Origin: a virus | Taxonomy: Duplodnaviria; Caudoviricetes | DNA length: 41,398 bases | IMG/VR virus record: IMGVR_UViG_3300023270_000004 | Location: 1-41,398 of that record | Strand: one strand, 5' to 3' | In this document: positions 33,714 to 41,398 of the stretch, in pieces | How positions within the stretch are numbered: position 1 is the stretch's first letter | Layout: each line of letters begins with the position of its first letter | Translations under genes and position numbers: made by a program | Notes under the pieces: model-generated | Databases searched by the model: none | Seen by the model: only the letters and a program-made list of their open reading frames with translations | What the model was told of the DNA's origin: nothing

Positions 33714-34507
33714 CAGCCACCTCCGAAGACACGGTTGTTGCGACCGCCGGACCACATCGCAGCGGCGTTGCGGATCGCCGCGGACAGGCCGCCGCCGGCC
33801 GCCGAGGAGGCGACGGGCATGCCGTAGCCGGCGCCGTAGCCCAGCGCCGTCGGGGCGCCGCTGGCTGCGGCATCGCCCAGCCCGGCGCCCACGGTCGCAC
33901 CGGACCCGGATGCTCCGGCGCCTGCACCAGCGCCCGCCCCGCCGGCCAGCCACGCGGCCCCGGCCATCTGCGCCAGGCCGCCCAGCTTGCCGTAGAGCGG
34001 CGTGTCGACGTTCTGCGCGTCCAGTTGATCGGCCTGCACGAGGTTCCGATTCGTGGATGCAGCACTACCCAGCCGCCCGGCCAGGTCGGCGCGGCGCAAG
34101 CCTTCGGTCTGCAGCAGGTCGCCCGTCCCGCGGTTGCGCGCCATCTCGCGCGCGATGTCGGTGATGCGGTTCCCCTCGCTGACCGCCTTGTCAGCCCGCG
34201 CCTTGACGAAGGCCGCCGAGTTCGCGCCCGCGCCGCCAGCGGTCGACACCAGATCGCCGCCGGCACCGGTCGCGAGGTCCCCCTGAGCGCGCTGGAACGC
34301 CGCATCCTCCTGGCCCTGCATCGCAGTGGCGCGCGCGTCTGGCGCGAACTGCTCACCTTCGGCCAGCACCTGGCGCGCCGCGTCGTCGCTCGTCTCCTTC
34401 GTGCGCTGCAGGGAGCGGTTCAGGATGTCGCGCCGCTCGCCGGCGGCCTTCTTGTCACCCCGGTCCTTGAGGTACGTACCGGCGGCGAGGAGTGCTGCTG
34501 CTGCCAT
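33713..34507 (-). CDS. DNA ejection protein, small
   Basis: 264 aa, Ala/Gly-rich with hydrophobic ends; SD AAGGA. Confidence 0.65.
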   Translation of the reverse strand: MAAAALLAAGTYLKDRGDKKAAGERRDILNRSLQRTKETSDDAARQVLAEGEQFAPDARATAMQGQEDAAFQRAQGDLATGAGGDLVSTAGGAGANSAAFVKARADKAVSEGNRITDIAREMARNRGTGDLLQTEGLRRADLAGRLGSAASTNRNLVQADQLDAQNVDTPLYGKLGGLAQMAGAAWLAGGAGAGAGAGASGSGATVGAGLGDAAASGAPTALGYGAGYGMPVASSAAGGGLSAAIRNAAAMWSGGRNNRVFGGG

Positions 34508-34517
34508 GCTTGTTCCT

Positions 34518-35189
34518 TCAGGTCTGCGTCACGATGCCGTTGCTGCCGGCGTTCTTCGGCCGCGCGCCACCGTAGTTCGATGCGAACCAGTCGCCCGCAT
34601 CCTGCTTGCCGCGCGCGAGATTGCTCTTCGTGTAGAGCAGCCCCGAGCCGGCGAACAGGTCGCCCAGCGTGGTGCCTTGCGCTTCGGCGCCGGCGCGGTC
34701 GCTGTTCGTCTTCATCTGGTTCAGCGCGGAGCTGAGCGCGCTGCCTTGATCCATGCCTGCGTCGATCGATTGCAGCAGACCAAGCCGCGTGTTCTCGTCG
34801 TTCGTCTCGAGTTCTGTGCGCGCCGCATCCGCCTTCGATCCGAGGTCGAGCAGGCCCTTGTCGTACGTGCGGCCGAGCGTGGCGCCTTGGTCGATGTCGA
34901 CCGAGCCGCCGTTGAGGCCCTGCGCGAAGAGTGCGAACTTCTGATCGCGCGCGGCGTTGTCACGGCTCTCGTCAAGGCTGCGCTTGCCGGCATCGAAGGC
35001 GTTCTTGCGCACCGTGCCGTAGAGAGCGTCCCGGGCCGCTTTGTTCTTCGCCGCGCTGTCGATGTCATCCTGGAGCCAAGTCGGATCCGAGACGCCGAAG
35101 GACAGGTTCAGATGGTTGCGGGCATCCTTCTTCCGCGTCTCGATGACGTTCTGTTGCGCACCATAGTCGTCTCCGCCACCGCCACCCAT
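34518..35189 (-). CDS. Virion/ejection-associated protein (MGGGGG start)
   Basis: 223 aa; the MGGGGG N-terminus is typical of small podovirus internal proteins; SD AAGGA. Confidence 0.65.
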   Translation of the reverse strand: MGGGGGDDYGAQQNVIETRKKDARNHLNLSFGVSDPTWLQDDIDSAAKNKAARDALYGTVRKNAFDAGKRSLDESRDNAARDQKFALFAQGLNGGSVDIDQGATLGRTYDKGLLDLGSKADAARTELETNDENTRLGLLQSIDAGMDQGSALSSALNQMKTNSDRAGAEAQGTTLGDLFAGSGLLYTKSNLARGKQDAGDWFASNYGGARPKNAGSNGIVTQT

Positions 35190-35198
35190 ATCAGTCCT

Positions 35199-35987
35199 TC
35201 ACAGGAGGGTTTCCTGCTGCTCCGTGTTGATCGTTGCCGATGCCGTTCCGCTCACCGAGCCAGACCGGATGCGCACGAACTTCCCGGCCGGGATGTCGCG
35301 GCACATGCTCCAGTTGTTGCTCTGCACCTGCTGCAGCACCACCGCGAGCGTGATGGTGTTCGAATAGGTCTGCCGGGCCTTCGTCGTCCAGTCGGCCGGG
35401 GTGGTGCTGTTGGTGTCGGCCGTCTCCAGGAAGACCGTCACCGCGGCCGCACCGCCGATCGTGCTGGTGGTGGAAAACGACCCCTCGTAGCAGGCGCGCG
35501 CATTGCGGCCCGAGCTGATCTGAAATCCGGTAGCGTTTGTGGCAGTCACCAGGGCGCGGCCGGGCGTGTCATTGATGCTCAGCGCGGTGCCGGCCGTCAC
35601 GCGCCCCTGCAGATCGGTTGTCACGCCGCTGTAGGTGCCCGGCGTTCCGATGCTCGGCATGCTGACCGTGCCGGTCGTGGTGATCACGCCGCCGCTCAGG
35701 CCGCCGCCAGCCGTGATGCTCGACACCGTGCCGCTCGCGGTCGAGCTCAGCGTCGTGCCGTCCCAGTTCAAGCCGGAGCCGACGTAGCCCATCACCGGAA
35801 GCGTGGTCGCGCCGTCGTAGATCAGCACACCGCTGGTGTTCGGCGCAGGCGTCAGCGGCGCGAAGTAGCGCTGCCACGCACCCACTCCGGACGGGGCGGT
35901 CTGGATGATGTAGAGCTCATACGGAACGCCCAGCGCATGCGCCGAGGTCGCGAAGAGTGCACACAGCAGAAGGAGGATTCGCTTCAT
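35199..35987 (-). CDS. Fibre-like beta-rich protein with Sec signal peptide (262 aa)
   Basis: MKRILLLLCALFATSAHA|LG; GTVSSITAGGGLSGG and GTYSGVTTDLQGRVTAG fibre-type repeats. Confidence 0.7.
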   Translation of the reverse strand: MKRILLLLCALFATSAHALGVPYELYIIQTAPSGVGAWQRYFAPLTPAPNTSGVLIYDGATTLPVMGYVGSGLNWDGTTLSSTASGTVSSITAGGGLSGGVITTTGTVSMPSIGTPGTYSGVTTDLQGRVTAGTALSINDTPGRALVTATNATGFQISSGRNARACYEGSFSTTSTIGGAAAVTVFLETADTNSTTPADWTTKARQTYSNTITLAVVLQQVQSNNWSMCRDIPAGKFVRIRSGSVSGTASATINTEQQETLL

Positions 35988-35998
35988 GGCCGGCTCGC

Positions 35999-36202
35999 TC
36001 AGAAGGTGGTGACGCCCACTCGCACCCAGGTGTTCACCGCGATGCAGTAGTAGAAGAATGTGGCATCGCAGGCCACCTGATTCGGCTGGCCTGGCGAGCT
36101 GGCCGTCGCCGGCACGGGCACGGGCTTCACGAAGCCGCCCTGCGCGGGCACGTCGGCCTCGACGAGGTAGTTGCTGTTCGGGCCTTGCCGTCCGGTTGCC
36201 AT
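35999..36202 (-). CDS. Small fibre/decoration-like protein (67 aa)
   Basis: PATASSPGQPNQVACDATFFYYCIAVNTWVR, a motif typical of trimeric fibre domains. Confidence 0.7.
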   Translation of the reverse strand: MATGRQGPNSNYLVEADVPAQGGFVKPVPVPATASSPGQPNQVACDATFFYYCIAVNTWVRVGVTTF

Positions 36203-36204
36203 AC

Positions 36205-36690
36205 CTACCCCTTTGCCGGGCCTGTGATGGCCCACGTGTTGATGTCCTCGCCGCCGGAGCCGGCTGCGCGCCGAGTACCCTCCAGCGCGAAACCGAGCCG
36301 CTCGACAAGCCGCTCAGCACCGCCCCACCCACCGAGCGTGTACGCCTCGATGCGGTGCCGGTAGTGCTCGTGTGCCGGATTGCTGGCGTTGGCGATGACT
36401 GTGCGCGTGTGCCGCAGGAGTTTTCCCCACGTTTGGCCAGCCATCCGGTCAGTCGCGAGGAACCAGAACACGCCGGTCCATGCGTTCACGAACTGCAGCC
36501 CGCCGATCGCGACCTGCTCGCCGGCCTGATGCACCGTCCAGGCTGGGCCATCCGTGCTCCAGCGAGACGCGGCAAAGTCTTCCTCGCCGATGGCGCCGAG
36601 CAGCGCCCGCACCGCGCACCGATCCCACTCGCGCATACCGCGGACCACTTCAAGCGCCTCGGCCAGCGTCAGCACCGTGAAGGTGCTCAC
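36205..36690 (-). CDS. GNAT-fold tail assembly protein (T7 gp13/P22 gp14-like position)
   Basis: MREWD..., WFLATD, RIEAY......ERLVERLGF.LEG. Confidence 0.7.
   Translation of the reverse strand: MSTFTVLTLAEALEVVRGMREWDRCAVRALLGAIGEEDFAASRWSTDGPAWTVHQAGEQVAIGGLQFVNAWTGVFWFLATDRMAGQTWGKLLRHTRTVIANASNPAHEHYRHRIEAYTLGGWGGAERLVERLGFALEGTRRAAGSGGEDINTWAITGPAKG
36398..36431 (-). promoter_or_regulatory. Degenerate late-motif copy (CGTGGGGAAAACTCC-N13-CACAGT), intragenic
   Basis: 13/15 match to the motif with identical spacing to a TANNNT-like hexamer. Confidence 0.45.
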
Positions 36691-38174
36691 CTGGTGAGCC
36701 CGAGCGAGTTGTAGTAGAGGCTCATGGCCGACAGGCTGAAGTCCTCGTCGGCCGCGTGCCGGAACACCGGCGCGATGGACGAGCAGACCATCTCGACGCC
36801 CTGCACCTCCCCTGGTCGCGTGTCGCCCGGGATCGTCATCGAGACGCCCTCTTTGTCCAGATCACGCGGGTCGTACTTGAACGACACCGACGGCGAGCCC
36901 TGAACGACATAGTCGGCCCCGAAGAACTGCTTCGCGACCCCTGGCTGCTTCGCGTCCTGGAACGCCATCTGAATTTCGACCGGAATCGGCGTGTCGCCAG
37001 AACCGGACTGCAGCTGATCGACGAAGACCTCCGCAGTCAGCTTGTACAGCTCGCCGGCCGTGCGGACGTAGACGGCGCCGCGCAGCGTCGTGGCCGCCGT
37101 AATGATGACCGGGAAGGTGTACTCGGACCAGCAGGCGATCTTCGAGGAGCGCGAGTAGGTGTAGACCCACGCCTTCGAGTAGGCACCCATGTTGAAGATC
37201 GCCCAATACTGCCCGAGCTGCGGGATCCACTGCCCGAACACCTGGGTGGCCACACCCGCTGCCGGCAGTGCCGCGTTGATGTCCGGCACGACCAGCTTGT
37301 CGATCGCCACGCCGACGTCGTTGTCGTCGATGCGGTCGGTCTGAGCCTGCTGCGTCATCGAGCGGAAGCCGAACGGCGACAGGAACATCAGGTCATTCGC
37401 GAAGTTCGCGAGCGACTGCGGAAGCTCACAGCCGACACCATCGATCCGCTTCACGAAGGTGTTCGCGCTCGGGTCGACCGCCACGGTCCAGATCTGCGCG
37501 TTCTCGGCGAAGAACACGACCAGTTTGTCCGCGTAGCCGCCCACCGCTCGAGCGCCCGTGCTGGTGTCCTGCTGCAGCGAGGTCGGCAGGAACCCTGCAT
37601 CGCTCGCCGTTGTCCAGTCGCGCGCGGCGCCGGCGGCGCAGTACCGAACCACCTCGTCGGCGATGGAGAATATGCGGCTCGCTGCCTTGGTGACGGATCC
37701 GGTGTGCGGGCAGTTCGAATCGGTGATCAGCGTGCTGGGGCTGCCGTCGACGTAGCTGTGGCGATAGACGTAGCCATCGCGAGGTATGCCAAATGCACCC
37801 GTGAACTTGGTGAAGTAGTAGCCGACGACGTACGGGAAGCCCTGGAACTGCTCCGCGTAGACCACGTCCGTCAGCTGCGCATAGCCGATTCCGTACGGGT
37901 TGTACAGGTCGAGCTCGATCTTGCTGACGCCGGGCGGTGGGGTAAATCCGCTCGCCTTGGCGGTGAACACCGTCAGCCGGTCGTTGACCACCTTCAGGCC
38001 GACCGAGCCGGTCAGCGAGTTGCTCACGATGTCGATCGCCGGCCGCTTCTGCACGCGCTTGCCGAGCGTGATGTAGGCGTTCCGCAGCACCCACAGCCGC
38101 GAGGCCTCCTGCACGTTGATCGGCAGCCGCCGGTCGAGTCCGCCGGAGAAATCTGCGTACGTGATTGCCGGCAT
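36687..38174 (-). CDS. Tail nozzle/stabilisation protein (P22 gp10-like position)
   Basis: 495 aa from MPAITYADFSGGLD; beta-rich, GVGC...S and FLSPFGFRS motifs. Confidence 0.75.
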   Translation of the reverse strand: MPAITYADFSGGLDRRLPINVQEASRLWVLRNAYITLGKRVQKRPAIDIVSNSLTGSVGLKVVNDRLTVFTAKASGFTPPPGVSKIELDLYNPYGIGYAQLTDVVYAEQFQGFPYVVGYYFTKFTGAFGIPRDGYVYRHSYVDGSPSTLITDSNCPHTGSVTKAASRIFSIADEVVRYCAAGAARDWTTASDAGFLPTSLQQDTSTGARAVGGYADKLVVFFAENAQIWTVAVDPSANTFVKRIDGVGCELPQSLANFANDLMFLSPFGFRSMTQQAQTDRIDDNDVGVAIDKLVVPDINAALPAAGVATQVFGQWIPQLGQYWAIFNMGAYSKAWVYTYSRSSKIACWSEYTFPVIITAATTLRGAVYVRTAGELYKLTAEVFVDQLQSGSGDTPIPVEIQMAFQDAKQPGVAKQFFGADYVVQGSPSVSFKYDPRDLDKEGVSMTIPGDTRPGEVQGVEMVCSSIAPVFRHAADEDFSLSAMSLYYNSLGLTR

Positions 38175-38836
38175 CAGGGCACATCCCGGCCGACCACGGC
38201 GGGCCGGCGCTCGTAGTCGCACGGCATCTCGCGGCGATAGACGCCCTGGTTCACGAATGACTGCCCGCGCAGTTGGCCGAGCAGCGTGTTCAGCTGACCC
38301 TGGTACAGCTGGGCGTCCGGCTGCCGGTAGTGCGCCTTCGCATTCGCCACGGCGTGCAGCAGCACCATCTCGTCGTCGAGCGACGCAGCGTCGCCCTCCT
38401 CGGTGAAGCGCCCGAGGTCGCCGACGAACCACACCCGCAAGGTGTAGATCTGGTCCGCCTTCGGGTAGACGAGGATCTGCGCGTACCGGTCGTACCGGAT
38501 CGGCGAGCCCTGCGTGTCCATGTTGGACCAGTCCTCGGTTCGGATGCCCTCCGGCATGCGGATGTACTGGCCGTTGTAGAGGCTCTCGATGCGCATCACC
38601 CGGCGATCGCGCGTGCAGGCGGTCGGGTAGTCGATGAGGTTCTGCGTGACGCCGAGCGTCTTGTCTTCATAGGCGATCAGGTGCTTCCAGTCCTGCAGGC
38701 GGTAGAGCTGGTCCTGCCCGTTGCGCAGGAAGCTGTTGATCAGCACCTGGTTGGCACCGCCGGACGCGCCCATGCCTGCCATGCCCAGCCGGGCGAGGAC
38801 TTCGGCGCGCAGCGCGCCCAGCGTGCGGTAGGCCAT
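38174..38836 (-). CDS. Head-tail adaptor protein
   Basis: RTLGALRAEVLARLG...INSFL, G.P.RY, VYPKAD, LHAVANAKAHY. Confidence 0.75.
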   Translation of the reverse strand: MAYRTLGALRAEVLARLGMAGMGASGGANQVLINSFLRNGQDQLYRLQDWKHLIAYEDKTLGVTQNLIDYPTACTRDRRVMRIESLYNGQYIRMPEGIRTEDWSNMDTQGSPIRYDRYAQILVYPKADQIYTLRVWFVGDLGRFTEEGDAASLDDEMVLLHAVANAKAHYRQPDAQLYQGQLNTLLGQLRGQSFVNQGVYRREMPCDYERRPAVVGRDVP

Positions 38837-38839
38837 GGC

Positions 38840-39085
38840 TCAGCGCTTCTTCTTCGCCGCGGCCTTCTTGGCGGGAGCGGCCTTCGCCGCGGCCGTCTGG
38901 CTCGAAGCCGGAGCCGGCACGGGCACTTCCGCCCGCGCATCGGCCGGCAGCGGCGACGTCGTGCCGTCTTCGTTCTGCAGGTGCACCGAGAAGCCCATCG
39001 ACTCGTAGGCGCGCGCCGCAGCCAGGTCTTCGACCTCCTTCGGGACGCGCGTCGCCGCGTCGCGCTCGATCAGGATCTTGAGCAT
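38840..39085 (-). CDS. Small protein with Ala/Lys-rich tail (81 aa)
   Basis: MLKILIERDAATRVP...AAPAKKAAAKKKR; SD GGAG. Confidence 0.65.
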   Translation of the reverse strand: MLKILIERDAATRVPKEVEDLAAARAYESMGFSVHLQNEDGTTSPLPADARAEVPVPAPASSQTAAAKAAPAKKAAAKKKR

Positions 39086-39107
39086 GCTGGTCTCCGGTGG
39101 TTGAGGG

Positions 39108-39710
39108 TCAGGCCGGCTCGAGCGCACGCTCGGTGGCGATCTTCAGCAGCTGGTCGGCCGGCAAGGCGCGCAGCTGCTTCTCCCGCTCGGCCACCGCCAT
39201 GCGCTCCTCGCGCGGCGCGTCGTGGGCGACGTGGTCGATGTAGCCGGTGCTGAGGATGATCTCGACCAGCTGGGCCGGCGGCAGGTCCGACAGCTCGGGC
39301 TTGCCCAGCAGCGGCGCGAAACGGCGCTCCTGGAACCGGCCGTAGACGAAGCGCGCCATCGGAGTCTTCGCGTCCTCGGCCGAGTTGCCGTAGGCGTCGA
39401 TCAGCCGGTTGTATTCGGCCTCGGGGTCGCCGATGAAGACGAAGCCGATGCACTGGCTGTCGGACGGCTTGACCGGATTGTCCTGCTGCTTGTTGTAGGG
39501 CAGCAGAGCGGACGAGGTCTTCGCGCTGTAGCCCTCGTCGAGGGTGGAGGGGTCGAGCACCTGCACCTCGTCCTCGCCGTGGATGGCCTGGAGGATGGGG
39601 ATCTCGTGCTCCCACACCACGCGGGGCGACACGGTGTTCTGGTCGCGCTTGATGCTGACCAGGGTGCGGCGGGAGAGCTGTTTGCTCGGGGCGGTAGACG
39701 GTCGGGCCAT
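39108..39710 (-). CDS. Hypothetical protein after capsid (200 aa)
   Basis: SD AAGGA; VWEHEIPILQAIHG, EAEYNRL..AYG. Confidence 0.75.
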   Translation of the reverse strand: MARPSTAPSKQLSRRTLVSIKRDQNTVSPRVVWEHEIPILQAIHGEDEVQVLDPSTLDEGYSAKTSSALLPYNKQQDNPVKPSDSQCIGFVFIGDPEAEYNRLIDAYGNSAEDAKTPMARFVYGRFQERRFAPLLGKPELSDLPPAQLVEIILSTGYIDHVAHDAPREERMAVAEREKQLRALPADQLLKIATERALEPA

Positions 39711-39744
39711 GGTGATTTCCTTCTGTGAGGGTTGCGGCGGCTTC

Positions 39745-39774
39745 AAAAACGGGCCGGGAGGACTCCCCCGGCCC
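39745..39774 (-). terminator. Intrinsic terminator downstream of the capsid gene
   Basis: Minus strand GGGCCGGGGG-AGTC-CTCCCGGCCC-GTTTTT. Confidence 0.85.
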
Positions 39775-39830
39775 AAAGGCCCCTGTCACGCCGCCGTCGA
39801 CAGGATGGCAACTGCTTCAGCAGCAGTGGT

Positions 39831-40886
39831 TCAGACCAGGGCGAGCACCGAATTGGCGTTCGAACGGTTCATGGTGAGCGCGCCCTTCCAGGTCATCGCC
39901 CAGTAGTACTCGTACCGGTCGTACGCGCGCGGCGGCTTGCGGCTGATCATGTCGTGGCCGGCCAGCGGGCGCAGACGGATCGTGTTGGTGTTGAGGAAGT
40001 AGCAGCGCTTCTCCCACAGCGTGGCCGGCGCGAAGCGGGCGTCGAGTTCCTGGAACTCCGGCGACCACTGCACATCCACGCCCTGGAAGCGCAACACCGA
40101 CGTGCCGCCTTCCACCACCTTCGTGTTCGACGGGCCGAAGTCCATCCGGCCGAAGGTGTTCAGCACGAAGTTGCGGTAGCCGTCGATGAACTGCGAGCCG
40201 GCGATGATCAGGTCCGGCCGACCGCCGTTGCGCGAGCACTGACGGAAGTTCACTTCCATCTGGTTCAGGATCGTGCCCGTGCTGGTCGTGGTCGTCAGGC
40301 CGGTCGAGAAGTTGTTGCGCCAATAGGCGTTCGAGCTCGACGCGCGGTCGATGCCGCCCACGACGCCCGAGGTCGGCGCCAGCGACACCAGCTGATCCAG
40401 GCCGCCGATCGCGTCGGTCGACTGCGTGCCGTCCAGGTGCAGCTGGTAGCTGAACTGCTCCTGGAAGCCAAGCTTCAGCGATGCGGCCTGTTCTTCGATC
40501 AGGCTGGTGAACTGGATCTTCTCGGCGTCGGTCGCGTTGCTCGGGCCCGAGCTGTCGGTGATCGTGATGCCGTTCTGCGCCAGGCGGTCCTCGTCGAGCG
40601 CGAAGCCGTCATGGCACGAGCGCCAGGCGTATTGCGCCTGCTCGATGGTCTGCCGGCGGTTGTAGGTGACGATCGACGAACCGTTGTACCACTGGAAGTT
40701 CGCCGCGTACGTCTTGCGCAGCTGCTCGACGACGAACTGCTTGGCGCCGGGCGCGGTCTTCTTCTTCGCCTGCAGCGCCTTCAGCAGAGGGCGCTCCAGG
40801 GCGATCTGATCGACCGGGTCGTTCGCGAGGAAGTAGTCGAGGCCGATCTTGCCGGCGTCGATGAGGTCTTGTGCGGAAAAAGGCAT
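39831..40886 (-). CDS. Major capsid protein (351 aa)
   Basis: MPFSAQDL... with SD GGAGAG; GGIDRA...YWRN, PDLIIAG and YFLNT motifs. Lies after the scaffold and before a terminator. Confidence 0.88.
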   Translation of the reverse strand: MPFSAQDLIDAGKIGLDYFLANDPVDQIALERPLLKALQAKKKTAPGAKQFVVEQLRKTYAANFQWYNGSSIVTYNRRQTIEQAQYAWRSCHDGFALDEDRLAQNGITITDSSGPSNATDAEKIQFTSLIEEQAASLKLGFQEQFSYQLHLDGTQSTDAIGGLDQLVSLAPTSGVVGGIDRASSSNAYWRNNFSTGLTTTTSTGTILNQMEVNFRQCSRNGGRPDLIIAGSQFIDGYRNFVLNTFGRMDFGPSNTKVVEGGTSVLRFQGVDVQWSPEFQELDARFAPATLWEKRCYFLNTNTIRLRPLAGHDMISRKPPRAYDRYEYYWAMTWKGALTMNRSNANSVLALV

Positions 40887-41044
40887 GGTGCTCTCCGATG
40901 CATGTGATGAATCGCGCCGCCCAACGGGCAGCACTCCGGGTCACGGGCGACGAAGCCGCAATACGTCTCACATGCCTGCGGTGAACCAGGCTCACACCTG
41001 CCGCATTGGGGCTGCGGCGGGCCCTTCCAGTGCGCGAGGCTGGG

Positions 41045-41398
41045 TTACGCGCCGGCGGGGCGGGATTGACCCCACATCGCCTCGAAGCCGTCACGAGGAT
41101 CTGCTTTCGCAGACGACGCGCCGCTCGGTCGCAGCAGGTTTCCGGTCGCCGCTGCCGGGGGCGGTTGGCGGCTTCGGCCTGCTGTGGCCTTGATCGTGTG
41201 ATACATGGTCTCGATGAGCCCGCGCCACTGCTGCGGCTGGGCGTTCGCGATGACCCGCGGGATCTGCTGACCGAGGATTTCCTCGATCACCGGGTAGTCG
41301 ATGTCCGTGCCCGCCATCTGCTTGACGAACTTGTCGATGTCGTTGATGGCCGCCTGCTTGGCAACCTCTTCCTGCTGCGCGGATTGCTGGCGCTGGTC
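41045..41398 (-). CDS. Putative scaffolding protein, C-terminal part
   Basis: Frame open from 41398 (DQRQQSAQQEEVAK...) to the stop at 41045; continues the 1-763 ORF. Confidence 0.8.
   Translation of the reverse strand, partial: DQRQQSAQQEEVAKQAAINDIDKFVKQMAGTDIDYPVIEEILGQQIPRVIANAQPQQWRGLIETMYHTIKATAGRSRQPPPAAATGNLLRPSGASSAKADPRDGFEAMWGQSRPAGA

Noticed and set aside
30774-33827. 1017-aa + strand ORF
   Set aside because: Shadow of the ejection protein genes.

Overview
The window appears to be a complete circular genome (about 41.4 kb, high GC) of a temperate podovirus-type phage in its excised form. A Burkholderiales/betaproteobacterial host is inferred from composition and gene content only. 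The two ends join inside one gene, a putative scaffolding protein, if base 1 and base 41398 are the same nucleotide. An intact attP sits right after the integrase and contains the 3' half of tRNA-Ser(CGA). The layout is lambdoid/P22-like. A divergent immunity switch at about 12.8-13.9 kb has a short cI-like repressor without a protease domain, cro, and four TACCG-N4-CGGTA operators. A + strand early arm carries ERF, a YqaJ exonuclease, accessory genes, xis and int. A - strand arm carries a cII-like gene, a DUF1376 initiator with iterons, a DnaC-like ATPase, ninB/ninG/ninX, terminase, portal, scaffold, capsid, tail and ejection proteins, a tailspike and the lysis cassette. Main observations: (1) an unannotated 35-aa peptide gene coupled to a 4-TM protein with a Cys-pair loop heads the lysis cassette, a candidate peptide/membrane-sensor lysis control module; (2) a repeated fixed-spacing late-promoter-like motif, CGCGGGGAAAACRCC-N13-hexamer, occurs in a phage with no recognisable Q antiterminator; (3) a leaderless antisense membrane-protein gene overlaps an ejection gene; (4) there are three non-spanin lipoproteins, including an unannotated 41-aa one; (5) a signal-peptide-bearing fibre-like protein lies in the virion module; (6) a structured leader precedes the capsid gene. 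All family assignments come from motif recognition by eye; no searches were run.
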